Below the pieces are notes generated by a model. It ran no database searches. It was not told the DNA's origin and worked only from the letters and a program-made list of their open reading frames with translations. From Eledone cirrhosa (taxonomy: Eukaryota): DNA of 64,000 nucleotides. The translations under genes and the position numbers were made by a program. The stretch spans positions 6,014,001-6,078,000 of the forward strand of contig OZ024740.1 in assembly GCA_964016885.1 (NCBI GenBank), read 5' to 3'. Positions 17,101-33,346 of this stretch are shown here, piece after piece. How positions within the stretch are numbered: position 1 is the first letter of the stretch; every line of letters starts with the position of its first letter.

Positions 17101-20100
17101 TACCTCCACTGTACATACCTCCACTGTACACACCTCCACTGCACATACATCCACTGCACATACCTCCACTGCACATACCTCCACTTTACATACCTCCACT
17201 GTACATACCTCCACTGCACCTGCCTAGACTGTACATTCCTCCACTACACATATCTCCACTGCACATACCTCCACTGTACATACCTCTATTGCATATACCT
17301 CCAGTGCACATATATCCACTGTACATACCTCCACTGCACATACCTCCACTGCACAAACATACCGACACTGTACATACCTCCACTGTATATACCTCCACTG
17401 CACAAACATACCGCCACTACACATACCTCCACTGAACATACCTCTACTGTACATACCTCCACTTTACATACCTCCACTGTACATACCTCCACTGCACCTG
17501 CCTAGACTGTACATTCCTCCACTACACATATCTCCACTGCACATACCTCCACTGTACATACCTCTATTGCATATACCTCCAGTGCACATATATCCACTGT
17601 ACATACCTCCACTGCACATACCTCCACTGCACAAACATACCGACACTGTACATACCTCCACTGCACATACCTCCACTGCACATACATACCTCCACTGTAC
17701 ATACCTCCACTGCACATACCTCAACTGCACATACCTCCACTGCACATACATACCTCCATTGTCCATACCTCCACTGCACGTACCTCCACTGTACATACCT
17801 CCACTGTACATACCTCCAATGTACATACCTCCACTGTACATACCTCCACTGCACATACCTCCACTGTACATACCTCTACTGTACATACCTCCATTGCACA
17901 TACCTCCACTGTACACACCTCCACTGCACATACATACCTCCACTGTACATACCTCCACTGTACATACCTCCACTGCACATACATACACTTACACAGCTCC
18001 AATGCACATACCTCCACTGTACATACCTCCACTGTACATACCTCCACTGCACATACCTCCACTGTACATACCTCCACTGCACATACCTCCACGGTATATA
18101 CCTCCACTGCACATACATACCACCACTGCACATACCTCCACTGTACATAACTCCACAGGTCATACCTCGACTGAACATACCTCCACTGCACATACCTCCA
18201 CTGCACTTACCTCCAGTGTACATACCTCCACTGCACACACCTCCACTGCACATACATACCTCCACTGTACATACCTCCACTGTACATACCTCCACTGCAC
18301 AAACATACACTTACACAGCTCCAATGCACATACCTCCACTGTACATACCTCCACTGTACACACCTCCACTGCACATACCTCCACTGTACATACCTCCACT
18401 GCACATACCTCCACGGTATATACCTCCACTGCACATACATACCACCACTGCACATACCTCCACTGTACATAACTCCACAGGTCATACCTCGACTGAACAT
18501 ACCTCCACTGCACATACCTCCACTGCACATACCTCAACTGTACATACCTCCAATGTACACACCTCCACTGCACATACCTCCACTGTACATACATCCACTG
18601 CACATAGATACCTGCTCTGTACATACCTTCACCGTACATACCTCCACTGCACATACCTCCAATGCACATATATCCACTGCACATACCTCCACTGTAAATA
18701 CCTCCACTGTACATACCTCCACTGCACATACCTCCACTGTACAGGCCTCCACTGCACATACCTCCACTGTACATACGTCCACTGTACACACCTCCACTGT
18801 ACATACCTCCACTGCACATACCACCACTGTACATACCTCCACTGCACATACCTCCACTGTACATACCTCCACTGTACATACCTCCACTGCACATACCTCC
18901 ACTGCACATACCACCACTGCACATATCTCTACTGCACATACCTCCACTGCACATACATCCACTGCACATAGATACCTGCTCTGTACATACCTCCACTGTA
19001 CATACCTCCACCGCACATACCTCCAATGCACATATATCCACTGCACATACCTCCAATGTAAATACCTCCACTGTACATACCTCCACTGCACATACCTCCA
19101 CTATACATGCCTCCACTGCACATACCTCCACTATACATACCTCCACTGCACATACCACCACTGTACATACCTCCACTGCACATACCTCCACTGTACATAC
19201 CTCCACTGTACATACCTCCACTGCACATACCTCCACTGCACATACCTCCACTGCACATATCTCTACTGCACATACCTCCACTGCACATACATCCACTATA
19301 CATACCTCCACTGCACATCATACATCCACTGCACATAGCTGCACTGTACATACGTCCACTTAACTTACGTCCACTGCACATACAACCACTGCACATACCT
19401 CCACTGCACATACCTCCACTGTACATACCTCCACTGTACATACCACCGCTGCACCTACCTCCACTGTACATTCCTCCACTGCACATACCTCCACTGCACA
19501 TACCTCGACTGTACATACCTCCATTGCATATACCTCCACGCCACATATATCCACTGTACATACCTCCACTGCACATACCTCCACTGCACATACCTCCACT
19601 GCACATATCTCCACTGTACATACCTCCACTGCACATACCTCCACTGCACATACATCCACTGTACATAGCCCCACTGCACATACCTCCACTGCACATATCT
19701 CCACTGCACATACCTACACTGTACATATCTCCACTGTACATACATCCACTTACATACCACTGCACATACCTCCACTGTACATACCTCCACTGCACATACT
19801 TCCACAGCACATACCTCCACTGTACATATCTCCACTGCACATAGATCCACTGTACATACCTCCAATGCACATAACTCCACTGTACACACCTCCACTGCAC
19901 ATACCTCCATTGCACATACCTCCACTGTACATACCTCCACTGTACATACCTCCACTGCACATACACCCACTATACATAACTCCACTGCACATACCTCCAC
20001 TGCACATACATACCTCCACCGTACTTACATCCATGCACATACCACCACTGCACATACCTCCACTGCACATACCTCCACTGCACATACCTCCACTGCACAT

Positions 20101-22600
20101 ACATACCTCCATTGTACATACCTCCACTGCACATACCTCCACTGTACATACCTCCACTGTACATACCTCCACTGTACAAAACTCCACTGTACATACCTCC
20201 ACTGCACATACCTCCACTGTAAATAACTCTACTGTACATACCTCCATTGCACATACCTCCACGGTACATACCTCCATTGTACATACCTCCACGGTACATA
20301 CCTCCATTGTACATACCTCCACTGTACATACCTCCACTGTACATGCCTCCACTGCACATACCTCCACTGTACATAACTCTACTGTACATACCTCCATTGC
20401 ACATACCTCCAAGGTACATACCTCCATTGCAAAACAGCTCAACTGTACATACCTCCACTGTACATACATACCTTCACTGTACATACCTCCACTGTACATA
20501 CCTCCACTGTACACACCTCCACTGCACATACATCCACTGCACATACCTCCACTGCACATACCTCCACTTTACATACCTCCACTGTACATACCTCCACTGC
20601 ACCTGCCTAGACTGTACATTCCTCCACTACACATATATCCACTGCACATACCTCCACTGTACATACCTCTATTGCATATACCTCCAGTGCACATATATCC
20701 ACTGTACATACCTCCACTGCACATACCTCCACTGCACAAACATACCGACACTGTACATACCTCCACTGTATATACCTCCACTGCACAAACATACCGCCAC
20801 TACACATACCTCCACTGAACATACCTCTACTGTACATACCTCCACTTTACATACCTCCACTGTACATACCTCCACTGCACCTGCCTAGACTGTACATTCC
20901 TCCACTACACATATCTCCACTGCACATACCTCCACTGTACATACCTCTATTGCATATACCTCCAGTGCACATATATCCACTGTACATACCTCCACTGCAC
21001 ATACCTCCACTGCACAAACATACCGACACTGTACATACCTCCACTGCACATACCTCCACTGCACATACATACCTCCACTGTACATACCTCCACTGCACAT
21101 ACCTCAACTGCACATACCTCCACTGCACATACATAACTCCATTGTCCATACCTCCACTGCACGTACCTCCACTGTACATACCTCCACTGTACATACCTCC
21201 AATGTACATACCTTCACTGTACATACCTCCACTGCACATACCTCCACTGTACATAACTCTACTGTACATAACTCCATTGCACATACCTCCACTGTACACA
21301 CCTCCACTGCACATACATACCTCCACTGTACATACCTCCACTGTACATACCTCCACTGCACATACATACACTTACACAGCTCCAATGCACATACCTCCAC
21401 TGTACATACCTCCACTGTACATACCTCCACTGCACATACCTCCACTGTACATACCTCCACTGCACATACCTCCACGGTATATACCTCCACTGCACATACA
21501 TACCACCACTGCACATACCTCCACTGTACATAACTCCACAGGTCATACCTCGACTGAACATACCTCCACTGCACATACCTCCACTGCACTTACCTCCAGT
21601 GTACATACCTCCACTGCACATATCTCCACTGTACATATCTCCACTGCACATACCTCCACTGCACATACCTCAACTGTACATACCTCCAATGTACACACCT
21701 CCACTGCACATACCTCCACTGTACATACATCCACTGCACATAGATACCTGCTCTGTACATACCTCCACCGTACATACCTCCACTGCACATACCTCCAATG
21801 CACATATATCCACTGCACATACCTCCACTGTAAATACCTCCACTGTACATACCTCCACTGCACATACCTCCACTGTACAGGCCTCCACTGCACATACCTC
21901 CACTGTACATACGTCCACTGTACATACCTCCACTGTACATACCTCCACTGCACATACCACCACTGTACATACCTCCACTGCACATACCTCCACTGTACAT
22001 ACCTCCACTGTACATACCTCCACTGCACATACCTCCACTGCACATACCACCACTGCACATATCTCTACTGCACATACCTCCACTGCACATACCTCCACTG
22101 TACATAACTCTACTGTACATACCTCCATTGCACATACCTCCATTGCAAAACAGCTCAACTGTACATACCTCCACTGTACATACATACCTTCACTGTACAT
22201 ACCTCCACTGTACATACCTCCACTGTACACACCTCCACTGCACATACATCCACTGCACATACCTCCACTGCACATACCTCCACTTTACATACCTCCACTG
22301 TACATACCTCCACTGCACCTGCCTAGACTGTACATTCCTCCACTACACATATCTCCACTGCACATACCTCCACTGTACATACCTCTATTGCATATACCTC
22401 CAGTGCACATATATCCACTGCACATACCTCCACTGCACATACCTCCACTGCACAAACATACCGACACTGTACATACCTCCACTGTATATACCTCCACTGC
22501 ACAAACATACCGCCACTACACATACCTCCACTGAAAATACCTCTACTGTACATACCTCCACTGCACATACCTCCACTGTACATACATCCATTGTACATAC
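5100..22600. repeat. HOR domain A: about five and a half units alternating ~2.8 kb and ~3.4 kb (~6.2 kb dimer); boundaries approximate
   Basis: Marker gcaaaacagctcaac at 8004, 10873, 14237, 17046, 20429, 22145 (spacings 2869, 3364, 2809, 3383, 1716). Marker cacatcatacatcc at 6859, 9728, 13092, 15901, 19314 (2869, 3364, 2809, 3413). Identical or near-identical ORF translations recur at similar offsets (6083/8952/12316/15110/18553). Confidence 0.93.
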
Positions 22601-25600
22601 CTCCACTGCACATACCTCCACTGTACATACCTCCACTGCACATCCATACCTCCACTGCACATACCGCCACTGCACATACCTCCACTGCACACCTCCACTG
22701 TACATACCTCCACTGCACATACATCCAATGTACATACCTCCACTGCACATACCTCCACTGCACATATCTCAACTGTACATACCTCCACTGCACATACCTC
22801 CCCTGCACATACCTCCACTGTACATATCTCCACTGCACATACCTCCACAGCACATACCTCCACTGCACATACCTCCACTGCACATACCTCCACTGCACAT
22901 ACCTCCCCTGCACATACCTCCACTGTACATACCTCCACTGCACAAATCTCCACTGTACATACCTCCACGCCACATATATCCACTGTACATACCTCCACTG
23001 CACATACCTCCACTGCACATATTTCCACTGCACATATTTCCACTGTACATACCTACACTGTACATACCTCCACTGTACATACCACCACTGCACATACCTC
23101 CACTGTACATGCCTCCACTGTACATACCTCCACTGTACATACCTCCACTGCACATATCTCCACTGTACATACCTCCACTGTACATACCACCACTGTACAT
23201 ACCTCCACTGTACATACCTCCACTGCATATACCTCCACTGTACATACCTCCACTGCACATACTTCCACTGCACATTCCTCCACTGCACATACCTCCCCTC
23301 CACATACATCCACTGTACATACCTCCATTGCACATACCTCCACAGCACATACCTCCACTGCACATACCTCCACTGCACATAGCTCCACTGCACATAAATC
23401 CACTGTACATAGCTCCATTGCACATACCTCCCCTGCACATACCTCCACTGTACATACCTCCACTGCACATACCTACACTGCACATACCTCCACTGCACAT
23501 ATCTCCACTATACATACCTCCACTGCACATACCTCCACTGTACATACCTCCACTGCACATCCATACCTCCACTGCACATACCTACACTGTAGATACCTCC
23601 ACTGTACATACCTCCACTGTACATACCTCCACTGCACATACCTCCACTGTAGATACCTCCACTGTACATACCTCCACTGTACATACCTCCACTGCACAGA
23701 CCTCTACTGTACATACCTCCACTGCACATACATCCACTGTACATACCGCCACTGCACATACCTCCAATGCATATATCTCCACTGTACATACCTCCACTGC
23801 ACATACCTCCACTGCACATACATCCACTGTACAGGCCTCCACTGCACATACCTCCACTGTACATACGTCCACTGTACATACCTCCACTGTACATACCTCC
23901 ACTGCACATACCACCACTGCTCATACCTCCACTGCACATACCTCCACTGCATATACATCCACCGTACATACCTCCACAGCACATACCTCCACTGCACATA
24001 CCTCCACTGCACATACCTCCACAGCATATACCTCCACTGCACATACCTCCACTGCACATACCTCCACTGCACATACCTCCACTGCACATATCTCCACTGC
24101 ACATACGTCCACTGCACATATCTCCTGTATACATACCTCCACTGTACATAACTCCACTGCACATACTTCCACTGCACATACCTACAGTGTACATACCTCC
24201 ACTGTACATACCACCACTGCTCATACCTCCACTGTACGTAGCTCCACTGCACATCCATACCTCCACTGCACATACCTCCACTGTAGATACCTCCACTGCA
24301 CATACCTCCACTGCACATACCTCCACTCTACATACCTCCACTTTACATACCTCCACTGCACATACCTCCACTGTACATAACACTACTGACATACCTCCAT
24401 TGCACATACCTCCACGGTACATACCTCCATTGCACATACCTCCACTGTACATACCTCCACTGCACATACATACATCCACTGTAGATACCTCCACTGTACA
24501 TACCTCCACTGCACATACATCCACTGTACACACCTCTACTGTACATACCTCCACTGTACATACCTCCACTGTACATATCTCCACTGCACATACCTCCACT
24601 GCACATACCTCCACTGTACATACCTCCAATGCACATACCTCCACTGTACATACCCCCACTGCACATACATCCATTGCACATACCTCCACTGTACATATCT
24701 CCACTGTACATACCTCCACTGTACATACACCCACTATACATACCTCCACTGCACATACCTCCACTGCACATACATACCTCCACTGTACATACCTCCACTG
24801 CACATACCTCAACTGCACTTACCTCCACTGCACATACATACCTTAATTGTCCATACCTCCACTGCACGTAAATCCACTGTACATATCTCCACTGTACATA
24901 CCTCCAATGTACATACCTCCACTGTACATACCTCCACTGCACATACCTCCACTGTACATAACTCTACTGTACAAACCTCCATTGCACATACCTCAACGGT
25001 ACATACCTCCATTGCACATACCTCCACTGTACATACCTCCACTGCACATACATACCTCCACTGTACATACCTCCACTGTACATACCTCCACTGCAGATAC
25101 ATCCATTTACACACCTCCACTGCACATACCTCCACTGTACATACCTCCACTGCACATACCTCCATTGCACATACCTCCACTGCACATAGATACCTGCACT
25201 GTACATACCTCCACTGTACATACCTCCACTGCACATACCTCCACGGTATATACCTCCACTGCACATACATACCACCACTGCACATACCTCCACTGTACAT
25301 AACTCCACTGCACATACCTCCACTGTACATACCTCCACTTCACATATCTCCACTGCACATACCTCCACTGTACATACCTCTACTGTACATACCTCCACTA
25401 CACATACCTCCACTCTACATACCTCCACTGCACATAGATAACAGTACTGTATATACCTCTACTGTACATACCTCCACTGCACCTTATATAACAGCACTGT
25501 ACATACCTCCACTGCACATACCTCCCCTCCACATACCTCCACTGTACATACCTCCACTGCACATACCTCCACAGCACATACCACCACTGCACATACCTCC

Positions 25601-28600
25601 ACTGCACATAGCTCCACTGCACATAAATCCACTGTACATACCTCCACTGCACATACCTCCACTGTACATACCTCCACTGCACATCCATACCTCCACTGCA
25701 CATACCTCCACCGCACATCCATACCTCCACTGCACATACCTCCACTGTACATACCTCTACTGTACATACCTCCACTGCACATACCTCCACTGTACATACC
25801 TCCACTGCACATAGATAACAGCACTGTACATACCTCCACTGCACATAGATAACAGCACTGTACATACCTCCACTGCACATACCTCCCCTCCACATACCTC
25901 CACTGCACATACCTCCACTGCACATAGCTCCACTGCACATAAATCCACTGTACATACCTCCACTGCACATACCTCCCCTGCACATACCTCCACTGTACAT
26001 ACCTCCACTGCACATACCTCCACTGCACATACCTCCACTGCACATATCTCCACTATACATACCTCCACTGCACATATCTCCACTGTACATACCTCCACTG
26101 CACATCCATACCTCCACTGCACATACCTCCACTGTAGATACCTCCACTGTACATACCTCCACTGTACATACCTCCACTGCACAGACCTCTACTGTACATA
26201 CCTCCACTGCACATCCATACCTCCACTGCACATACATCCACTGTACATACCTCCACTGCACATACCTCCACTGCATATATCTCCACTGTACATACCTCCA
26301 CTGCACATACCTCCCCAGCACATACCTCCACTGTACATACCTCCACTGCACATACCTCCACAGCACATACCTCCACTGCTCATACCTCCACTGCACATAC
26401 CTCCACTGCACATACATCCACCGTACATACCTCCACAGCACATACCTCCACTGCACATACCTCCACTACACATACCTCCACAGCACATACCTCCACTGCA
26501 CATACCTCCACTGCACATACCTCCACTGCACATACATCCACTGTACATACCTCCACTGCACATACCTCCACTGCACATATCTCCACTGCACATACATCCA
26601 CTGCACATATCTCCTGTATACATACCTCCACTGTACATAACTCCACTGCACATACTTCCACTGCACATACCTACAGTGTACATACCTCCACTGTACATAC
26701 CACCACTGCTCATTACTCCACTGTACGTAGCTCCACTGCACATCCATACCTCCACTGCACATACCTCCACTGTAGATACCACCACTGTACATACCTCCAC
26801 TGTACATACCTCCACTGCATATACCTCCACTGTACATACCTCCACTGCACATACTTCCACTGCACATTCCTCCACTGCACATACCTCCCCTCCACATACA
26901 TCCACTGTACATACCTCCATTGCACATACCTCCACAGCACATACCTCCACTGCACATACCTCCACTGCACATAGCTCCACTGCACATAAATCCACTGTAC
27001 ATAGCTCCATTGCACATACCTCCCCTGCACATACCTCCACTGTACATACCTCCACTGCACATACCTACACTGCACATACCTCCACTGCACATATCTCCAC
27101 TATACATACCTCCACTGCACATACCTCCACTGTACATACCTCCACTGCACATCCATACCTCCACTGCACATACCTACACTGTAGATACCTCCACTGTACA
27201 TACCTCCACTGTACATACCTCCACTGCACATACCTCCACTGTAGATACCTCCACTGTACATACCTCCACTGTACATACCTCCACTGCACAGACCTCTACT
27301 GTACATACCTCCACTGCACATACATCCACTGTACATACCGGTACTGCACATACCTCCACTGCATATATCTCCACTGTACATACATCCACTGCACATACCT
27401 CCACTGCACATACATCCACTGTACAGGCCTCCACTGCACATACCTCCACTGTACATACGTCCACTGTACATACCTCCACTGTACATACCTCCACTGCACA
27501 TACCACCACTGCTCATACCTCCACTGCACATACCTCCACTGCATATACATCCACCGTACATACCTCCACAGCACATACCTCCGCTGCACATACCTCCACT
27601 GCACATACCTCCACAGCACATACCTCCACTGCACATACCTCCACTGCACATACCTCCACTGCACATACCACCACTGCTCATACCTCCACTGTACGTAGCA
27701 CCACTGCACATCCATACCTCCACTGCACATACCTCCACTGTAGATACCTCCACTGCACATACCTCCACTGCACATACCTCCACTGTACATACCTCCACTT
27801 TACATACCTCCACTGCACATACCTCCACTGTACATAACACTACTGACATACCTCCATTGCACATACCTCCACGGTACATACCTCCATTGCACATACCTCC
27901 ACTGTACATACCTCCACTGCACATACATACATCCACTGTAGATACCTCCACTGTACATACCTCCACTGCACATACATCCACTGTACACACCTCTACTGTA
28001 CATACCTCCACTGTACATACCTCCACTGTACATATCTCCACTGCACATACCTCCACTGCTCATACCTCCACTGTACATACCTCCAATGCACATACCTCCA
28101 CTGTACATACCCCCACTGCACATACCTCCATTGCACATACCTCCACTGTATATATCTCCACTGTACATACCTCCACTGTACATACACCCACTATACATAC
28201 CTCCACTGCACATACCTCCACTGCACATACATACCTCCACTGTACATACCTCCACTGCACATACCTCAACTGCACTTACCTCCACTGCACATACATACCT
28301 CAATTGTCCATACCTCCACTGCACGTACCTCCACTGTACATATCTCCACTGTACATACCTCCAATGTACATACCTCCACTGTACATACCTCCACTGCACA
28401 TACCTCCACTGTAGATAACTCTACTGTACAAACCTCCATTGCACATACCTCAACGGTACATACCTCCATTGCACATACCTCCACTGTACATACCTCCACT
28501 GCACATACATACCTCCACTGGACATACCTCCACTGTACATACCTCCACTGCAGATACATCCATTTACACACCTCCACTGCACATACCTCCACTGTACATA

Positions 28601-31600
28601 CCTCCACTGCACATACCTCCACTGCACATACCTCCACTGCACATAGATACCTGCACTGTACATACCTCCACTGTACATACCTCCACTGCACATACCTCCA
28701 CGGTATATACCTCCACTGCACATACATACCACCACTGCACATACCTCCACTGTACATAACTCCACTGCACATACCTCCACTGTACATACCTCCACTTCAC
28801 ATATCTCCACTGCACATACCTCCACTGTACATACCTCTACTGTACATACCTCCACTACACATACCTCCACTCTACATACCTCCACTGCACATAGATAACA
28901 GTACTGTATATACCTCCACTGTACATACCTCCACTGCACATATATAACAGCACTGTACATACCTCCACTGCACATACCTCCCCTCCACATACCTCCACTG
29001 TACATACCTCCACTGCACATACCTCCACAGCACATACCACCACTGCACATACCTCCACTGCACATAGCTCCACTGCACATAAATCCACTGTACATACCTC
29101 CACTGCACATACCTCCACTGTACATACCTCCACTGCACATCCATACCTCCACTGCACATACCTCCACCGCACATCCATACCTCCACTGCACATACCTCCA
29201 CTGTACATACCTCTACTGTACATACCTCCACTGCACATACCTCCACTGTACATACCTCCACTGCACATAGATAACAGCACTGTACATACCTCCACTGCAC
29301 ATAGATAACAGCACTGTACATACCTCCACTGCACATACCTCCCCTCCACATACCTCCACTGCACATACCTCCACTGCACATAGCTCCACTGCACATAAAT
29401 CCACTGTACATACCTCCACTGCACATACCTCCCCTGCACATACCTCCACTGTACATACCTCCACTGCACATACCTCCACTGCACATACCTCCACTGCACA
29501 TATCTCCACTATACATACCTCCACTGCACATATCTCCACTGTACATACCTCCACTGCACATCCATACCTCCACTGCACATACCTCCACTGTAGATACCTC
29601 CACTGTACATACCTCCACTGTACATATCTCCACTGCACATACCTCCACTGCTCATACCTCCACTGTACATACCTCCAATGCACATACCTCCACTGTACAT
29701 ACCCCCACTGCACATACCTCCATTGCACATACCTCCACTGTATATATCTCCACTGTACATACCTCCACTGTACATACACCCACTATACATACCTCCACTG
29801 CACATACCTCCACTGCACATACATACCTCCACTGTACATACCTCCACTGCACATACCTCAACTGCACTTACCTCCACTGCACATACATACCTCAATTGTG
29901 CATACCTCCACTGCACGTACCTCCACTGTACATATCTCCACTGTACATACCTCCAATGTACATACCTCCACTGTACATACCTCCACTGCACATACCTCCA
30001 CTGTAGATAACTCTACTGTACAAACCTCCATTGCACATACCTCAACGGTACATACCTCCATTGCACATACCTCCACTGTACATACCTCCACTGCACATAC
30101 ATACCTCCACTGTACATACCTCCACTGTACATACCTCCACTGCAGATACATCCATTTACACACCTCCACTGCACATACCTCCACTGTACATACCTCCACT
30201 GCACATACCTCCACTGCACATACCTCCACTGCACATAGATACCTGCACTGTACATACCTCCACTGTACATACCTCCACTGCACATACCTCCACGGTATAT
30301 ACCTCCACTGCACATACATACCACCACTGCACATACCTCCACTGTACATAACTCCACTGCACACACCTCCACTGTACATACCTCCACTTCACATATCTCC
30401 ACTGCACATACCTCCACTGTACATACCTCTACTGTACATACCTCCACTACACATACCTCCACTCTACATACCTCCACTGCACATAGATAACAGTACTGTA
30501 TATACCTCCACTGTACATACCTCCACTGCACATATATAACAGCACTGTACATACCTCCACTGCACATACCTCCCCTCCACATACCTCCACTGTACATACC
30601 TCCACTGCACATACCTCCACAGCACATACCACCACTGCACATACCTCCACTGCACATAGCTCCACTGCACATAAATCCACTGTACATACCTCCACTGCAC
30701 ATACCTCCACTGTACATACCTCCACTGCACATCCATACCTCCACTGCACATACCTCCACCGCACATCCATACCTCCACTGCACATACCTCCACTGTACAT
30801 ACCTCTACTGTACATACCTCCACTGCACATACCTCCACTGTACATACCTCCACTGCACATAGATAACAGCACTGTACATACCTCCACTGCACATAGATAA
30901 CAGCACTGTACATACCTCCACTGCACATACCTCCCCTCCACATACCTTCACTGCACATACCTCCACTGCACATAGCTCCACTGCACATAAATCCACTGTA
31001 CATACCTCCACTGCACATACCTCCCCTGCACATACCTCCACTGTACATACCTCCACTGCACATACCTCCACTGCACATACCTCCACTGCACATATCTCCA
31101 CTATACATACCTCCACTGCACATATCTCCACTGTACATACCTCCACTGCACATCCATACCTCCACTGCACATACCTCCACTGTAGATACCTCCACTGTAC
31201 ATACCTCCACTGTACATACCTCCACTGCACAGACCTCTACTGTACATACCTCCACTGCACATCCATACCTCCACTGCACATACATCCACTGTACATACCT
31301 CCACTGCACATACCTCCACTGCATATATCTCCACTGTACATACCTCCACTGCACATACCTCCCCAGCACATACCTCCACTGTACATACCTCCACTGCACA
31401 TACCTCCACAGCACATACCTCCACTGCTCATACCTCCACTGCACATACCTCCACTGCACATACATCCACCGTACATACCTCCACAGCACATACCTCCACT
31501 GCACATACCTCCACTACACATACCTCCACAGCACATACCTCCACTGCACATACCTCCACTGCACATACCTCCACTGCACATACATCCACTGTACATACCT

Positions 31601-32274
31601 CCACTGCACATACCTCCACTGCACATATCTCCACTGCACATACTTCCACTGCACATATCTCCTGTATACATACCTCCACTGTACATAACTCCACTGCACA
31701 TACTTCCACTGCACATACCTACAGTGTACATACCTCCACTGTACATACCACCACTGCTCATACCTCCACTGCACATACCTCCACTGTACGTAGCTCCACT
31801 GCACATCCATACCTCCACTGCACATACCTCCACTGTAGATACCTCCACTGCACATACCTCCACTGCACATACCTCCACTGTACATACCTCCACTTTACAT
31901 ACCTCCACTGCACATACCTCCACTGTACATAACACTACTGACATACCTCCATTGCACATACCTCCACGGTACATACCTCCATTGTACATACCTCCACTGT
32001 ACATACCTCCACTGCACATACATACATCCACTGTAGATACCTCCACTGTACATACCTCCACTGCACATACATCCACTGTACACACCTCTACTGTACATAC
32101 CTCCACTGTACATACCTCCACTGTACATATCTCCACTGCACATACCTCCACTGCTCATACCTCCACTGTACATACCTCCAATGCACATACCTCCATTGCA
32201 CATACCTCCACTGTACATATCTCCAATGTACATACCTCCACTGTACATACACCCACTATACATACCTCCACTGC

Positions 32275-33346
32275 ACATACCTCCACTGCACATACATACC
32301 TCCACTGTACATACCTCCACTGCACATACCTCAACTGCACTTACCTCCACTGCACATACATACCTCAATTGTCCATACCTCCACTGCACGTACCTCCACT
32401 GTACATATCTCCACTGTACATACCTCCAATGTACATACCTCCACTGTACATACCTCCACTGCACATACCTCCACTGTAGATAACTCTACTGTACAAACCT
32501 CCATTGCACTTACCTCAACGGTACATACCTCCATTGCACATACCTCCACTGTACATACCTCCACTGCACATACATACCTCCACTGTACATACCTCCACTG
32601 TACATACCTCCACTGCAGATACATCCATTTACACACCTCCACTGCACATACCTCCACTGTACATACCTCCACTGCACATACCTCCACTGCACATACCTCC
32701 ACTGCACATAGATACCTGCACTGTACATACCTCCACTGTACATACCTCCACTGCACATACCTCCACGGTATATACCTCCACTGCAGATACATACCACCAC
32801 TGCACATACCTCCACTGCACATACATACCTCCACTGTACATACCTCCACTGCACATACCTCAACTGCACTTACCTCCACTGCACATACATACCTCAATTG
32901 TCCATACCTCCACTGCACGTACCTCCACTGTACATATCTCCACTGTACATACCTCCAATGTACATACCTCCACTGTACATACCTCCACTGCACATACCTC
33001 CACTGTAGATAACTCTACTGTACAAACCTCCATTGCACATACCTCAACGGTACATACCTCCATTGCACATACCTCCACTGTACATACCTCCACTGCACAT
33101 ACATACCTCCACTGTACATACCTCCACTGTACATACCTCCACTGCAGATACATCCATTTACACACCTCCACTGCACATACCTCCACTGTACATACCTCCA
33201 CTGCACATACCTCCACTGCACATACCTCCACTGCACATAGATACCTGCACTGTACATACCTCCACTGTACATACCTCCACTGCACATACCTCCACGGTAT
33301 ATACCTCCACTGCACATACATACCACCACTGCACATACCTCCACTG
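32275..33346. repeat. 529-bp local tandem duplication (2 copies)
   Basis: tcaactgcactt...caattgtcc...gatacatccatttacacac occurs twice with a 529-bp offset (ORF ends 32331/32860; ORF starts 32504/33033). Confidence 0.85.
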
